Source: Patescibacteria group bacterium (GTDB lineage: Bacteria; Patescibacteriota; CPR2; UBA1875). Taken from it: DNA of 64,000 bases. Positions 9,443 to 21,052 of this stretch are shown here, piece by piece. Every line of letters starts with the position of its first letter. The stretch's first letter is position 1. Position numbers and translations under genes: made by a program. Location of the stretch: contig JBGSRK010000005.1 of NCBI GenBank assembly GCA_041737595.1, positions 32,001-96,000 on the forward strand. Reading direction: 5' to 3'. The notes under the pieces were generated by a model. The model saw only the letters and a program-made list of their open reading frames with translations, was not told the origin of the DNA and did not search any database.

Positions 9443-9829
9443 TTATGTTTTTTCAGATGATTTCTTACGACCTGATCCCATAGTAACTTTTCTACCTCTT
9501 TTACCTCTTGCGTTTGTTTTTGTTCTTTGCCCTCTAACTGGTAAATTTGCTGTATGTCTACTCCCTCGGTATGAACCAATCTCTTTCAAGCGACGTATAT
9601 TAGAAGCTGTGTCGCGCCTTAAATCACCTTCTACCATAATCTTACCCTCTATGGCTTCTCTTAATTTATTAACTTCTGCTTCAGTTAATTCTTTAACTCT
9701 TGTATCAGGATTTACACCAGTTTCTGTTAATAATTTTTTTGATGTGGTTAAACCAATTCCATAAATATAAGTTAGGCCGATTTCGACCCTTTTAGCTAGT
9801 GGTAAATTTACTCCTTGAATTCTTGCCAT
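9443..9829 (-). CDS. rpsM: 30S ribosomal protein uS13
   Basis: [20 protein letters not shown]. Confidence 0.97.
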   Translation of the reverse strand: MARIQGVNLPLAKRVEIGLTYIYGIGLTTSKKLLTETGVNPDTRVKELTEAEVNKLREAIEGKIMVEGDLRRDTASNIRRLKEIGSYRGSRHTANLPVRGQRTKTNARGKRGRKVTMGSGRKKSSEKT

Positions 9830-9842
9830 AATTTATTATTTC

Positions 9843-9956
9843 CTATCCCTGTCTTTGCTTATGACGAGGATTTTCACAAATAACGCGGATAACTCCTTCG
9901 CGTTTTATAACTTTACATTTATCACATCTTTTTTTTACTGATGGTTTAACTTTCAT
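9843..9956 (-). CDS. rpmJ: 50S ribosomal protein bL36 (not in ORF track)
   Basis: Manual translation [37 protein letters not shown]. Confidence 0.96.
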   Translation of the reverse strand: MKVKPSVKKRCDKCKVIKREGVIRVICENPRHKQRQG

Positions 9957-9981
9957 AATAATTTCTCTAATTAACTAAATA

Positions 9982-10218
9982 TTATTCGTCATCACGCAAT
10001 CTGTAAGTGATTCTACCTTTTGTAAGATCATATGGAGTCATTTCAATTCTAACTCTATCTCCGGGCAGTATTTTTATATAATGCATTCTCATTTTCCCAG
10101 AAATATGACCCAAAATAACATGGCCGTTCTCGAGTTCTACCCTAAACATTGCGTTTGGGAGAGGTTCAAGGACGGTCCCTATTACTTCAATTACTTCCTT
10201 TGTATTATCATTCATCAA
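9982..10218 (-). CDS. infA: Translation initiation factor IF-1
   Basis: [28 protein letters not shown]. Confidence 0.97.
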   Translation of the reverse strand: MMNDNTKEVIEVIGTVLEPLPNAMFRVELENGHVILGHISGKMRMHYIKILPGDRVRIEMTPYDLTKGRITYRLRDDE

Positions 10219-10274
10219 GGTATCTTTTTTGTGCCTATCTACTATAACAAAAAATTATATTTTTTGCAACAGTT

Positions 10275-11588
10275 TTAAATTGATTCATATGAACGTGTAA
10301 TTATCTGTGCTTCTACTTGACCTTTAACCTCTATTGCGACCCCAACAACAATTAAAAGACCTGTCCCACCAATAACAAGATTACCTGTATTCGCAAACTT
10401 ATCAATAATAAATGGTAATGCAGCAATAAAAGCCAAAAATATTGCTCCCCATAGTGTTGTTCTATTAATTAACCATGAAAGATATTTTTCCGTTTGAGTC
10501 CCTGGTCTTATCCCTGGTATAAAACCGCCTTGTTTTTGAATATTTTCAGATACATCTTTTGGTTTAAAGTATAAATATGTAGAGAAGAAAGTAAATACAA
10601 ATACAAGTAAACCATATGCAACAGCATAAGAGATTGTTTGTGGTGCAAAAGTTGTTTTAACCCACTCTGCCGATTTAGCTATCCACTGTGTTTTAGCAGA
10701 AGAGAGAAATCCTATCATTACAGGTAAGTTTAAAAACGCTCCGGCGAAAATAATAGGTATAACTCCTGACATATTTAATTTAATAGGTAAAAAACTATCT
10801 ATGCTTCCATATAGCTTAGCCCCTCTCATTTTTTTGGCATAAGATATTGGGATTTTTCTTTGACCTTCAGTAACAATAACAATTGCTACAGTTACAAGAA
10901 GAGCAGCCACTAAAATAGCTAAATATTTTATTAATTGTGTGCTATCAAATTCCGGAACAAATATTTTTTGGATAGCTTCTCCTAAAAATTGAGGAAGTCT
11001 CGCAACAATACCTGCAAATATTATTAATGAAATTCCATTACCAAGCCCTTTTTCTGTTATCAATTCCCCTAGCCACATTAAAAACATTGTTCCACCAGTC
11101 ATTGCAAGAAGCATAAATGCCCATTGTGCAATTGACGGAGTACCAAGAAGATCTCCACCAATTTGAGAAGTAGAATATTGTAAAAGTCTAATCGCACCAT
11201 AACCTTCTATAAATGCTAATGGAAGAGCTAAAACTCTTGAGTATTGGTTTAATTTCATCTGACCCTGTTCGCCATCTTTACTAATTGATTCAAGTTTTGG
11301 TGATATCATAGTTAAAAGCTGAATCATAATAGATGCAGTAATATATGGACCAACACCTAACATTACAATAGAAAATCGACTAATCCCTCCTCCTGAAAAA
11401 ATATCAAGAAATGATAAGACAGAATTAGAAGAAAATGCTTCTGAAAGAAATTCTCTTATTTTCACTACATCCGGACCAGGTATCGGGATATGAGACGCCA
11501 CACGAAAAATTAACAAAATAAAAACAACATAAAGTATCTTTTTTAATAAATCTTTGCTTGTAAATATTTGCTTAATTTTGTGCATCAA
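10275..11588 (-). CDS. secY: Preprotein translocase SecY
   Basis: LGVGPYITASI, GLGNGISLII, FIPGIRPG. Confidence 0.97.
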   Translation of the reverse strand: MMHKIKQIFTSKDLLKKILYVVFILLIFRVASHIPIPGPDVVKIREFLSEAFSSNSVLSFLDIFSGGGISRFSIVMLGVGPYITASIMIQLLTMISPKLESISKDGEQGQMKLNQYSRVLALPLAFIEGYGAIRLLQYSTSQIGGDLLGTPSIAQWAFMLLAMTGGTMFLMWLGELITEKGLGNGISLIIFAGIVARLPQFLGEAIQKIFVPEFDSTQLIKYLAILVAALLVTVAIVIVTEGQRKIPISYAKKMRGAKLYGSIDSFLPIKLNMSGVIPIIFAGAFLNLPVMIGFLSSAKTQWIAKSAEWVKTTFAPQTISYAVAYGLLVFVFTFFSTYLYFKPKDVSENIQKQGGFIPGIRPGTQTEKYLSWLINRTTLWGAIFLAFIAALPFIIDKFANTGNLVIGGTGLLIVVGVAIEVKGQVEAQIITRSYESI

Positions 11589-11620
11589 CCGCCCCTTTTT
11601 CTGTTAATTATTTACGCGAT

Positions 11621-12049
11621 TTAGAGTTCTATTTTACCACCAACTTTTATTATTTCTTCGCCAGCTGTTTTGGTTACTGGAACGCTTACTACTAATTTTT
11701 TTGTTAATTTACCAGAAAAAACTATTTTAACTTTTTTAACTGATTTTTTGATTATACTATTTTTTATTAAAAGTTCTAATGTAACCTTATCACCATCTTT
11801 TAGATTTTCCAACATAGTGAAAGTCACGGTTTGTGGTTTGGTTTTTCTAGCATTAAAACCTCTTTTTTTAGGGATTCTTTGAGCTAGTGGCATTTGGCCA
11901 CCCTCAAAACCAGGTCTTAGTTTTTTACCTGTTCTTGATTTTTGACCTTTTGTCCCTCTCCCAGAAGTTTTGCCTTGACCTGCTGAAATACCTCGACCAA
12001 CTCTTTTTTTATTTTTTCCGGGTGTTTTAGATAATTTTGAAAGATTCAT
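11621..12049 (-). CDS. rplO: 50S ribosomal protein uL15
   Basis: [26 protein letters not shown]. Confidence 0.97.
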   Translation of the reverse strand: MNLSKLSKTPGKNKKRVGRGISAGQGKTSGRGTKGQKSRTGKKLRPGFEGGQMPLAQRIPKKRGFNARKTKPQTVTFTMLENLKDGDKVTLELLIKNSIIKKSVKKVKIVFSGKLTKKLVVSVPVTKTAGEEIIKVGGKIEL

Positions 12050-12588
12050 TATTTATCTCCTTTTTTCTTTGGAGTAGTTTTTTTATTTTTACTATCAGTT
12101 TTATCCTTTTCAACAGCCTCTGGTTTATTTACAAGTACAAGCATTTTTAAAGCTTTTAAAGAAGCATATACATTATTTATTTTAGAAGAGGACCCTTGTA
12201 TTTTTGATAAAACGTCCTTAACCCCAGCAACTTCTAATACTGCACGAACAGCTCCACCAGCGATAACTCCTGTACCCTTACGAGCTGGTTTAAGGAAAAC
12301 TTGAGCACCAGCGAATCTCGCAGTTACTTCATGTGGGATTGTAGTCCCAAAAAGTGAAATCTCTTCCATGCTTTTTTTTGCTTTGACAGTCGCTTTTTCT
12401 ATAGCAAGAACGACTTCTGCCCCTTTTTCTATTCCAACCCCTACTTTTCCATTTTTATCACCCACAACAACAGTGGCTCTAAATCTAAGTCTTCGTCCAC
12501 CCTTAACTACACGAGTAACTCTGTCGATTTGGACTACTCTTTCTTCCATTTCCTGTTTTTCTTCTTCTAAAACTAAATTATCTACCAT
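12049..12588 (-). CDS. rpsE: 30S ribosomal protein uS5
   Basis: [22 protein letters not shown]. Confidence 0.97.
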   Translation of the reverse strand: MVDNLVLEEEKQEMEERVVQIDRVTRVVKGGRRLRFRATVVVGDKNGKVGVGIEKGAEVVLAIEKATVKAKKSMEEISLFGTTIPHEVTARFAGAQVFLKPARKGTGVIAGGAVRAVLEVAGVKDVLSKIQGSSSKINNVYASLKALKMLVLVNKPEAVEKDKTDSKNKKTTPKKKGDK

Positions 12589-12596
12589 ATAGCTCC

Positions 12597-12941
12597 TTAA
12601 AATGTAAGTCCGGCTTTTCGTGCCGCTTCTGCTAAAGCTTTTACCCTACCGTGATACAATTTGTAACCACGATCAAATACTGCTTTGTTAATTTTTAATG
12701 TTTTTGCTTTTTCTGCAATTTCTGTTCCAATTTTTTCAGCTTTTTCGATTTTTGTCATTTTTTCTTTAATTTTTAAATCAGTTGACGCACAAAGAGTAAC
12801 ACCGTTTTCGTCATCTATTAATTGAACGGTTGTATGTTTTAATGTTGCAGAAACTGAAATTCTTGGAATTGTTTTTGTTCCAAAAACTTTAGCTCTAACT
12901 CTTTTTTTTCTAATTTTTCTAGTTAACATTTTTTTATTCAT
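12597..12941 (-). CDS. rplR: 50S ribosomal protein uL18
   Basis: VFDRG...[13 protein letters not shown]. Confidence 0.96.
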   Translation of the reverse strand: MNKKMLTRKIRKKRVRAKVFGTKTIPRISVSATLKHTTVQLIDDENGVTLCASTDLKIKEKMTKIEKAEKIGTEIAEKAKTLKINKAVFDRGYKLYHGRVKALAEAARKAGLTF

Positions 12942-12949
12942 AATAATTT

Positions 12950-13495
12950 CTATGCTCCTGCTTTCGCTGCTGCTTTACCAGCCTTTCGTCTAATTTTTTC
13001 TCCAACATATTTAATCCCTTTACCCTTATATGGTTCAGGTTTTTTAAATTCTCTAATTTCTGCTGCTGTTTGACCTACCAACTGTTTTGAAATACCAGTA
13101 ACAGTAATAATATTTTTTTCTACTTTTAAATCAATGCCAGCTTTTGGTTTATATTTAATCGGATGTGAATAACCCATATTAAGGACGAGCTCATCTCCTT
13201 CAATTGCTGCTCTATACCCCACTCCATGGAATTCAAGCTGTTTTTCAAACCCTTCAGATACACCAATAATCATATTTGCGATAAGAGTTCTTGTTAGGCC
13301 AAAAAGGCTTACTGTATTTTTGTTCTCTTTTACTAGAGATACTGTAACGTTTTGATCATTTATTAAAACTTCTAAACTTGGTAATAGTTTATATGTAAGC
13401 TCTCCTTTAGGACCATTCACGGTAACCAAACGGTTATCAATTGATATATTGACTCCTTGTGGTATTTCTATTGGTAATTTTCCTATTCGTGACAT
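12950..13495 (-). CDS. rplF: 50S ribosomal protein uL6
   Basis: MSRIGK.P, PEPYKGKGI. Confidence 0.97.
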   Translation of the reverse strand: MSRIGKLPIEIPQGVNISIDNRLVTVNGPKGELTYKLLPSLEVLINDQNVTVSLVKENKNTVSLFGLTRTLIANMIIGVSEGFEKQLEFHGVGYRAAIEGDELVLNMGYSHPIKYKPKAGIDLKVEKNIITVTGISKQLVGQTAAEIREFKKPEPYKGKGIKYVGEKIRRKAGKAAAKAGA

Positions 13496-13537
13496 TTTAT
13501 TTCCTTAATTTTCCTAAATAATATTTTATCTTTATAA

Positions 13538-13921
13538 TTAATAAACTCTACAAATTATTTCCCCACCTAGATTGTCTGTTTTTGCTTGTTCGCCTGTCAT
13601 CATACCTTTTGATGTTGAAATAATTGCAATACCTCTACCCGACAAAACTACCGGGATTTCATCTTTTTTAGCGTACACCCTTCTACCTGGTCGTGAAATT
13701 CTTTCAACCTTTTCTATTGCCGGTAATGTTTTATTATACTTAAGAGTAACATTTGTCAGCTGTCCTTCTGTTTTATATTCTGAAACATATTCATTATCTT
13801 TTAAAATACCAAGAACAGCTTCTTTCAATTTTGAAGCGGGGAAAGAAACAGATTCTTTGCCTACGGCGTAAGCGTTTCTTATTCTTGTTAACATGTCTGA
13901 AATTGGATCTACAATACTCAT
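13538..13921 (-). CDS. rpsH: 30S ribosomal protein uS8
   Basis: DPISDMLTRIRNA, SRPGRRVY. Confidence 0.97.
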   Translation of the reverse strand: MSIVDPISDMLTRIRNAYAVGKESVSFPASKLKEAVLGILKDNEYVSEYKTEGQLTNVTLKYNKTLPAIEKVERISRPGRRVYAKKDEIPVVLSGRGIAIISTSKGMMTGEQAKTDNLGGEIICRVY

Positions 13922-13976
13922 CTTACTCCTTTATATTTATCGGATTCCTATAATTTTCATTCTTTAAATAATTATT

Positions 13977-14162
13977 TTACCAGCTTGATTTTGTTACTCC
14001 AGGGATTTCACCCTTTGATGCATATTCTCTAAAACAAATACGACACATTTTAAACTTTCTTAAGTATCCTTTTGGTCTACCGCAAATTTCACACCTAGTT
14101 TGGATTCTAGATGAAAATTTTGGTTTTTTATTTGCTTTTAATACTAATGCTTTTCTTGCCAT
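13977..14162 (-). CDS. rpsN: 30S ribosomal protein uS14 (type Z)
   Basis: RCEICGRP...CRICFR, 61 aa. Confidence 0.96.
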   Translation of the reverse strand: MARKALVLKANKKPKFSSRIQTRCEICGRPKGYLRKFKMCRICFREYASKGEIPGVTKSSW

Positions 14163-14175
14163 ATATACTCCCTAA

Positions 14176-14712
14176 TTATTTTTTAAAAGGAAACCCAAAG
14201 GCACTTAAAAGCACCCTTGCTCCGTTATTATCTTTTGCTGTTGTTTGAATATTTACCTGTAATGAAACTGCTGGGACATCTTTACTTATTAATTCAGGGA
14301 AAACGTTGTGCTCTTTTATCCCAAGTGAATAACCACCATGACCATCAAAAGCATTTTCATTTATTCCACGGAAATCTCTAACACGAGGTAATGCAATATT
14401 TATTAACTTATCAAGAAATTCATACATTCTATCCCCACGCAAAGTAACCATCACACCAATTGGCATACCTTCTCTCAATTTAAAACCGGCAATTGATTTT
14501 TTAGCTATTGTACGTACTGCTTTTTGACCAGTAATTACAACTAATGCTTCTTCTACCTCTTCAATTTTTTTACTATCAAGAGCGGCTCTACCAACTCCAG
14601 AGTTAACAACAATCTTTGAAATTTTTGGTATAGCCATTGCATTTTTTATATCAAGTGTTTTAGCAACTTCATCTTTTATTTTATTAAGATATAAATCTTT
14701 TAATCTAGCCAT
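14176..14712 (-). CDS. rplE: 50S ribosomal protein uL5
   Basis: KSIAGFKLREG, LPRVRDFRG. Confidence 0.97.
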   Translation of the reverse strand: MARLKDLYLNKIKDEVAKTLDIKNAMAIPKISKIVVNSGVGRAALDSKKIEEVEEALVVITGQKAVRTIAKKSIAGFKLREGMPIGVMVTLRGDRMYEFLDKLINIALPRVRDFRGINENAFDGHGGYSLGIKEHNVFPELISKDVPAVSLQVNIQTTAKDNNGARVLLSAFGFPFKK

Positions 14713-15047
14713 TATTTATCCTCTTTCTTGATTTTTAAAATAGCTTTACCACATTTTTTACAAACTCGGTTTTTTTCTTTACCGTTTATTTGCCATCCTA
14801 CTCTAGTTGGCTTACCACATGAAGGACAAACTAGTGCTGTTTTCCCAACCGACATAGGCATATTAATTTCTACAATACCCCCGGCATGATTATTTTTAGA
14901 TACTTTAACGTGCTTTTTAGCAATATTTATACCCTTAATAATCATCTTTCCAGTTTTAGAAAATACTCGCTCAACCATACCGGTTTTGCCCTTATCTTTT
15001 CCGGCTATAACCATTATTTTGTCGCCTTTTTTGATTTTAATTGTCAT
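14712..15047 (-). CDS. rplX: 50S ribosomal protein uL24
   Basis: KOW motif KKGD..VIAGKDKGK; C-terminal CPSC/CKKC. Confidence 0.96.
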   Translation of the reverse strand: MTIKIKKGDKIMVIAGKDKGKTGMVERVFSKTGKMIIKGINIAKKHVKVSKNNHAGGIVEINMPMSVGKTALVCPSCGKPTRVGWQINGKEKNRVCKKCGKAILKIKKEDK

Positions 15048-15415
15048 TATACTACCTCCGGTGCTAGTGAAATTATCTTCATGAAACCCTTTTCTCGTAG
15101 TTCACGAGCGACTGGTCCAAAAATACGAGTTCCTCTTGGAAGTTTATCTTTACTTATAATAACTGCTGCATTTTCATCAAATTTAAGAGTTGAACCATCT
15201 TTTCTTTTAAATTCTTTTCTTATTCTAACCACAACTGCCTGTACGATTTCTTTCTTTTTTACAGTACCGTTTGGTGTGGCAGTTTTTACAGATGCAGTAA
15301 TAATATCACCAAGTGATGCATATCTTCTTCGGCTTCCACCAAGAACCTTAATACACATTATTGTTTTTGCACCAGTATTATCTGCTATTTTTAACATTGT
15401 TTGGGTTTGGATCAT
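15047..15415 (-). CDS. rplN: 50S ribosomal protein uL14
   Basis: [20 protein letters not shown]. Confidence 0.97.
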   Translation of the reverse strand: MIQTQTMLKIADNTGAKTIMCIKVLGGSRRRYASLGDIITASVKTATPNGTVKKKEIVQAVVVRIRKEFKRKDGSTLKFDENAAVIISKDKLPRGTRIFGPVARELREKGFMKIISLAPEVV

Positions 15416-15666
15416 TATTCTACCTCAAGCTCTTTTTCTGATATTACTTTTACGGCGTTCCAATTTTTTCTTTTTGAAAGTGGTTTTGTTTCTTCAATTA
15501 CAACAAAATCACCTACTTTTGCAGAAATATCATTCTGCGCCATAAATTTTTTTGTTACTGTATATTTTTTTCTGTATATTGGATGAGTCTTTTTTGAATC
15601 AATAGAAACAACAATAGTTTTTTCCATTTTATCAGAAGTAACTTTTCCTCTAAGTGTTCTTTTCAT
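15415..15666 (-). CDS. rpsQ: 30S ribosomal protein uS17
   Basis: G.V.SDKMEKT, HPIY.K, ETKPLSK. Confidence 0.96.
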   Translation of the reverse strand: MKRTLRGKVTSDKMEKTIVVSIDSKKTHPIYRKKYTVTKKFMAQNDISAKVGDFVVIEETKPLSKRKNWNAVKVISEKELEVE

Positions 15667-15871
15667 TTTTTTCCTCTTCTCTTTGAATTGCTCTTTCTCG
15701 CATTATAGTATTAATTCTGGCAATATCCTTTTTTATTTTAGCAATATCGGTATGTTTATTGGTTTCTTTTGATGCAACTTCGAATTTAATTTTAGTCAAT
15801 TCCGCTTTAAATTTAGTTAAATCAGAAATTAAATCTTTATCTTTTTTTTCTATTATTTCTTTAATCTTCAT
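15650..15871 (-). CDS. rpmC: 50S ribosomal protein uL29
   Basis: KKDIARINT; position between rplP and rpsQ. Confidence 0.93.
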   Translation of the reverse strand: MKIKEIIEKKDKDLISDLTKFKAELTKIKFEVASKETNKHTDIAKIKKDIARINTIMRERAIQREEEKNEKNT

Positions 15872-16295
15872 CTTTGGCCTCTTTTACACTTTCTTTCACA
15901 ACAATTTTAGTTCTTAACGGAAGTTTGTGAGCAGCAAGTCTTAACGCTTCTCTTGCAACATCTTCTGCTACACCATCCATTTCAAATAATATTCTACCCG
16001 GTAAAACTTGAAAAATAAAATGATCTGGAGCACCCTTACCGCCACCCATTGTCATTTCGTTCGGTTTTTTTGTAACTGGTTGTTGTGGGAATATTCTAAT
16101 CCAAACTTTTCCACCACGTTTTATATATCTAGTCATCGCACGTCTAGCTGCTTCAATTTGTCTTGAATCAATCCATTTAGGAGACATTGCTTTAAGCGCA
16201 TATTTACCAAAATCAATTTGAGTACCCCGTGTCTCCTTACCTTTACGGATATTTTTCATTGATTTTCTAAATTTTGTTTTCTTTGGTGTCAGCAT
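15861..16295 (-). CDS. rplP: 50S ribosomal protein uL16
   Basis: [23 protein letters not shown]. Confidence 0.97.
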   Translation of the reverse strand: MLTPKKTKFRKSMKNIRKGKETRGTQIDFGKYALKAMSPKWIDSRQIEAARRAMTRYIKRGGKVWIRIFPQQPVTKKPNEMTMGGGKGAPDHFIFQVLPGRILFEMDGVAEDVAREALRLAAHKLPLRTKIVVKESVKEAKDED

Positions 16296-16963
16296 TATCT
16301 TATCTCCAAGGTTTCTTTATTATCCTTAGTTTCTTCTTTAATTTCACCCTTATAAATCCAAACTTTTACGCCCAAGGTGCCATATGTAGTTGCTGCTCTT
16401 CCTGTTGCATAATCAATATCTGCACGAAGAGTTGCAAGTGGTATTTTACCTTCAACAAAAAATTGACTTCTTGAAATATCTGCGCCATTCAAACGTCCAC
16501 CTATCATAACTTTTGCACCTTTTGCTCCAGCTCTGATTATTTTATCAATAACAGATTTTGCAGCTCTTTTATAGGCAATACGTTTTTCAAGTTGCTGGCA
16601 AATAGAATCTACCATAATTTGCGCGTTTAATTCTGGGTTTCTGACTTCTTCTATGTTTATATCTTTGATTTTTGATGTGATTAATTTTGTTAAATTTTTC
16701 TTAAGTTCGATTGCGCCTGCACCACCTCTACCGATAATAACGCCAGGACGTGAAGTGTGGATAATTATTGTAACCATATTTGCGTTTCTTTCAATATCAA
16801 CTCGCGCGATTCCAGCTCGTCCACCAAGATTTTTTACAATATATTCTCTTACTTTAATATCTTCATGTAAAAATTTACTGTAATCAGCCTTTGAAAACCA
16901 TCTTGATCTCCAGTCTTTGCTTACTTGTAGTCTAAAACTAATTGGATTTACTTTGTGTCCCAT
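16295..16963 (-). CDS. rpsC: 30S ribosomal protein uS3
   Basis: [25 protein letters not shown]. Confidence 0.97.
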   Translation of the reverse strand: MGHKVNPISFRLQVSKDWRSRWFSKADYSKFLHEDIKVREYIVKNLGGRAGIARVDIERNANMVTIIIHTSRPGVIIGRGGAGAIELKKNLTKLITSKIKDINIEEVRNPELNAQIMVDSICQQLEKRIAYKRAAKSVIDKIIRAGAKGAKVMIGGRLNGADISRSQFFVEGKIPLATLRADIDYATGRAATTYGTLGVKVWIYKGEIKEETKDNKETLEIR

Positions 16964-16965
16964 AA

Positions 16966-17460
16966 TTATCCTGTCTTCCTTCTAAAGAAATTACTTTTAA
17001 CATCAACTTTTGGAGCATTTTTTTCTTTTTTATTAAAATTTGGTTTTTCCATTTCTAATTTATGGCTATCATCACTCTTAGAAACTTCTTTTATATTTTC
17101 ATTTTTATCTGTAATTTTTTTCGTCTTAACATCACCTGATACAATAACTGTAATATGTGAGGTTCTTTTTTTAATAGCTCCTGCAGCGCCCTTAGCTCTT
17201 GGTCTCCATCTTTTTAAAGATGGTCCTGCGTCAATTGTTATTTTTGAAACAATAAGTTCACTTTTATCAAGGTTAAAGTTATTTTCTGCATTTGCCATTG
17301 CGGCTGTTATTACTTTTTTAATTTCACCAGCTGTTCTTTGAGGCATAAGTTTAAGCATCTCAAGAGAAACCTTTGCATTCTTACCACGAATAAGATCTGC
17401 AACTGGTCTTGCCTTTTTGGCTGATATTCTAATATATTTACCTTGTGATATTACTTCCAT
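16966..17460 (-). CDS. rplV: 50S ribosomal protein uL22 with C-terminal extension
   Basis: RISAKKAR, ANAENN, PRAKG...KRTSHI. Confidence 0.96.
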   Translation of the reverse strand: MEVISQGKYIRISAKKARPVADLIRGKNAKVSLEMLKLMPQRTAGEIKKVITAAMANAENNFNLDKSELIVSKITIDAGPSLKRWRPRAKGAAGAIKKRTSHITVIVSGDVKTKKITDKNENIKEVSKSDDSHKLEMEKPNFNKKEKNAPKVDVKSNFFRRKTG

Positions 17461-17462
17461 AA

Positions 17463-17744
17463 TTAACCCTTTTTAGCCTGTTCTTTTGCCATTTTACCAC
17501 CATGACCACGGAATTTTCTTGTTGGAGAAAATTCGCCTAATTTATGACCAACCATATCTTCTGAAATAAATACTGGTATATGTTCTTTACCATTATGAAC
17601 TGCAAGTGTAAAACCAACCATTTCAGGTGATATCGAACATTTTCTTGACCAAGTTTTAATGATTTTTTTATCGCTACCCGAAGCTACTATCTTTGCAAGA
17701 AGTCGTTCATCAATATATGGGCCTTTTTTAAGTGATCTTGACAT
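17463..17744 (-). CDS. rpsS: 30S ribosomal protein uS19
   Basis: [23 protein letters not shown]. Confidence 0.97.
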   Translation of the reverse strand: MSRSLKKGPYIDERLLAKIVASGSDKKIIKTWSRKCSISPEMVGFTLAVHNGKEHIPVFISEDMVGHKLGEFSPTRKFRGHGGKMAKEQAKKG

Positions 17745-17753
17745 AATTATTTC

Positions 17754-18590
17754 CTATCTCTTATTCTTTTTCTTTCTACCTCTAACAATAAATTTATTTG
17801 TTGGGTGGTTCTTTTTTCTAGTTATTTTACCAAGTGCAGGTGCTCCCCAAGGTGTTTTAGGGTGTTTAAGACCAATTGATTGGTTCCCTTCACCACCACC
17901 ATGTGGATGATCTACTGGATTCATTGCACTACCACGTACAGTAGGTCTGAAACCCATTTTTCTTGTACGTCCTGCCTTACCCCAATTAATATTTTGATAA
18001 TCTGGATTTGATACTGCTCCCATTGAAGCCATACATTCTTGATTTATTTTTCTAATTTCTCCTGAAGGTAATTTTATTTGTACAAATGCACCTTCTTTTG
18101 CTGATAATTGAGCTCCAACGCCAGCAGAACGAGCTATTTTACCACCTTGACCAGGATTCATTTCTATATTGTAAATAGATGTCCCAACAGGTATATTACG
18201 TAATTTTGCCCTATGACCAGCTCTTATTTGAGCATCTGCCCCAAAAACTACTTTTTTACCAACCTTAAGACCGACTGGTGCAAGAATATATATTTTTTTG
18301 CCGGCTTCGGATTGACATAGTGCTATTCTCGCAGTTCTATTTGGATCATATTCGATTGTTTTTACTTCAAACTCTCCTTCTAGCATTTTAAAGTCTACTA
18401 ATCGATATTTTCTTTTTACTCCACCACCTCGGTGTCTTGTTGTTATTTTCCCTTGATTGTTGCGTCCAGCTTTTCTTTTTAGGGCGACAAGAAGAGATTT
18501 TTCTGGTTTTCTTGTGGTGACATCTGAAAAGTCATCAACTGATAGTTGACGTGTAGCATTTGAAATAGGTTTTACTTTTCTTATAGCCAT
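17754..18590 (-). CDS. rplB: 50S ribosomal protein uL2
   Basis: EYDPNR, MNPVDHPHGGGEG. Confidence 0.98.
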   Translation of the reverse strand: MAIRKVKPISNATRQLSVDDFSDVTTRKPEKSLLVALKRKAGRNNQGKITTRHRGGGVKRKYRLVDFKMLEGEFEVKTIEYDPNRTARIALCQSEAGKKIYILAPVGLKVGKKVVFGADAQIRAGHRAKLRNIPVGTSIYNIEMNPGQGGKIARSAGVGAQLSAKEGAFVQIKLPSGEIRKINQECMASMGAVSNPDYQNINWGKAGRTRKMGFRPTVRGSAMNPVDHPHGGGEGNQSIGLKHPKTPWGAPALGKITRKKNHPTNKFIVRGRKKKNKR

Positions 18591-18865
18591 TATATTTTAA
18601 ACTCCTCAATCTTTTGATCTTTTTTGATTGTAACAATAGCTTTTTTAATATCATTTCTTTTCCCAAAAACTTTTCCTGATCTTTTAACTTTTCCAGGGAT
18701 AGACACAATATTTACAGCAATTACATTTACTTTAAAAAGTTTTTCAACTTCTTTTTTAACTAAATTTTTATTCGCAAATGGTTCAACATTAAAAACATAT
18801 TTACCGGTTTCTTGTAGGGCAAATGATTTTTCTGATATTGTAGCTTTTACAAGTACACTTTTCAT
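18590..18865 (-). CDS. rplW: 50S ribosomal protein uL23
   Basis: ISEKS, KYVF.V, KKAIVT. Confidence 0.95.
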   Translation of the reverse strand: MKSVLVKATISEKSFALQETGKYVFNVEPFANKNLVKKEVEKLFKVNVIAVNIVSIPGKVKRSGKVFGKRNDIKKAIVTIKKDQKIEEFKI

Positions 18866-19485
18866 TATTTTTTCTCTCCTACTTTTGCTTTACTAGCGGT
18901 TTTTGGTTCGATTTTATTAGCCTTTGTAGTTTCCATTTTTAAAATAACTATATTATCTGCTCTCAAAACATCTACACCGCTAACATCACCATTTTTTGCC
19001 AATAAAACATTTTTAATATTTCCGAATACTCTTCTTAAATTTCTTAATGATTCAGATTCTTTCTGTGATTTTTCAGATTTTTCATCTACTAAGACTAGTG
19101 TTCTTCCAGAAATGTTATTTTTTTTCAAAAGGTCTGCTGCTTCTTTAGTTTTTGAAATCTTACCAATTGATAATTCTACTGTGTTTGATTTTTTTGACTC
19201 TAAAGCAGCTTGTTTAACTGCTTCTCTTTCTTTTTTATTCAAATTAAGTGAAGGATTTTGTTCGCCAGTTGGGCCAAAAGTAACTCCACCACCTCTCCAA
19301 AGAGGTGAACGTGTTGAGCCTGCTCTAGCTCGGCCTGTTCCCTTTTGACGATGAGGTTTTCGCCCCCCACCAGAAACTTCACCGCGTTTTTTTGTTCTTG
19401 CGGTTGCTCTTCTTTTGTTCGCTTCAATAACTCTTGTAACCTTGGCGACTAATTCTGGTAAATTTTCTTTATTTTTAATAGCCAT
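18865..19485 (-). CDS. rplD: 50S ribosomal protein uL4 (short N-terminus)
   Basis: [30 protein letters not shown]. Confidence 0.95.
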   Translation of the reverse strand: MAIKNKENLPELVAKVTRVIEANKRRATARTKKRGEVSGGGRKPHRQKGTGRARAGSTRSPLWRGGGVTFGPTGEQNPSLNLNKKEREAVKQAALESKKSNTVELSIGKISKTKEAADLLKKNNISGRTLVLVDEKSEKSQKESESLRNLRRVFGNIKNVLLAKNGDVSGVDVLRADNIVILKMETTKANKIEPKTASKAKVGEKK

Positions 19486-19486
19486 A

Positions 19487-20110
19487 TTATTCCTTTTTTG
19501 CTTTCTCTTTTGAAATTAAAAGAACAACGCCCTTTTTTGGGCCAGGAACTGCACCTTGGACCAAAATAAGATTTTCTTCTTCCATAATTTTAACAATTTT
19601 TATATTTTTAGTTGTTACCTGAATAGCACCCATTCTGCCTGGTAATTTTTGTCCTTTTAAAACATGTTGTGGGAACATAGCACCTATAGAACCAGGGGCT
19701 CTATAATTATGTGAACCATGGGTCTTTGGACCTCTGTGAAAATTATGTCTTTTAATTGTTCCTGCGAAACCTTTTCCCTTAGAAACACCGGTAATATCAA
19801 CTAAATCATTTTCTTCAAAGATATTAATTTCAATTTTGTCGCCTACTTGGTATGTTTTCCCATCTTCGGCTTTGACTTCTTTTAATTTTCTTGTTTGGGC
19901 TTTTGATTTTAATAAATGCCCTGCAAGTGGTTTAGATATTTTTTTTGATTTACCATAACCAAGCTGGATTGCTTCATAACCATCTTTTTCGGCTGTTTTT
20001 ATTTGTGTGACAACATTACCCTCAACTAAAAGCAAAGTAACAGGAACTAAATTCCCTTTTTCATCAAATATATGTGTCATCTCTACTTTTTTAGCAAGTA
20101 ATGCTTTCAT
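19487..20110 (-). CDS. rplC: 50S ribosomal protein uL3
   Basis: [28 protein letters not shown]. Confidence 0.97.
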   Translation of the reverse strand: MKALLAKKVEMTHIFDEKGNLVPVTLLLVEGNVVTQIKTAEKDGYEAIQLGYGKSKKISKPLAGHLLKSKAQTRKLKEVKAEDGKTYQVGDKIEINIFEENDLVDITGVSKGKGFAGTIKRHNFHRGPKTHGSHNYRAPGSIGAMFPQHVLKGQKLPGRMGAIQVTTKNIKIVKIMEEENLILVQGAVPGPKKGVVLLISKEKAKKE

Positions 20111-20255
20111 TTTTCTCCTTTTAGCAAAACAAATTTCGACAGTGGATGGTTCCCTCTAGGCTTACTAGTCTTGGGCCTTTCTCACTCTCGAATTTAATAT
20201 TTTTGTGCTCTGCTAAGCGCCTAGAAATTATAGTGAATAATCAGACAAAAGTCAA
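20111..20255 (-). promoter_or_regulatory. rplC promoter and ~110-nt structured leader
   Basis: TTGACT-17-TATAAT (20255-20227); leader stem 20206-20216/20121-20131. Confidence 0.7.
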
Positions 20256-21043
20256 GAATTTTTTACTAACTTCTTGCCTGCTCGATATCTTAAATATAAT
20301 CTTGGATAGTTAAGAATATAAACAATTATACATAGAGGTTTTTGAAACGCAATTTTATGAGGCAAAAATGGCTCTCCGGTTGGATTAAATTTGAGTGTTC
20401 TTTTTTGACCCGTTATATTTTCCCATATTTCTTTTTTATTAATTGTTTTGTTTGAAGAAATTTCTGTAAAAATTTTACCCATATCTGCTGGGAAAAAATG
20501 CATATCTGACGCTCCAAATTTTAATACTTTATTATCTTTTTCAATATGTTCTTGTGCTTTTATGTTTCTAGATTCTCCTGTAAATGCATTAATTACTTCT
20601 ATTGCATCAATGTTAATCTCTTTATTATGTAAACCACGCAAAATACCCTTCCGGCCGAATGGGTGGGGAGCAACCACTGCACCTTTATACTTTTTGATTA
20701 TTTTAATAACCTCAGAAACATTTTTGAAATGTGGTATAAAGCCATTATTATATCTGTATTCTTTATAAAAATCTTTTATTTCTTGGATCTCATAAAAGTA
20801 TGCAAGAAGTTCATATGGTAACCCTTTAATAGTAAATGTAAGTTCAATTCCGGGGAAAAAGATTATCCCAGCCTTCTCGGCATATTTTTCAGCTTTAATT
20901 GTCCCAATAATTTCATTATGATCTGTGATTGAAAGTACTTTTATATTTTTATGTTTAGCATAAGCCACAATAAACCTAGGGAAATGTATCCCATCACTAT
21001 TATTACTATGAACATGTAAGTTAGCTTTATATGAGTATTCCAT
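20252..21043 (-). CDS. PHP-domain metallophosphoesterase
   Basis: LHVHS..SDG, ITDHN, GIE, HPF, ASDMH. Confidence 0.88.
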   Translation of the reverse strand: MEYSYKANLHVHSNNSDGIHFPRFIVAYAKHKNIKVLSITDHNEIIGTIKAEKYAEKAGIIFFPGIELTFTIKGLPYELLAYFYEIQEIKDFYKEYRYNNGFIPHFKNVSEVIKIIKKYKGAVVAPHPFGRKGILRGLHNKEINIDAIEVINAFTGESRNIKAQEHIEKDNKVLKFGASDMHFFPADMGKIFTEISSNKTINKKEIWENITGQKRTLKFNPTGEPFLPHKIAFQKPLCIIVYILNYPRLYLRYRAGKKLVKNS

Positions 21044-21052
21044 AAATACTAC

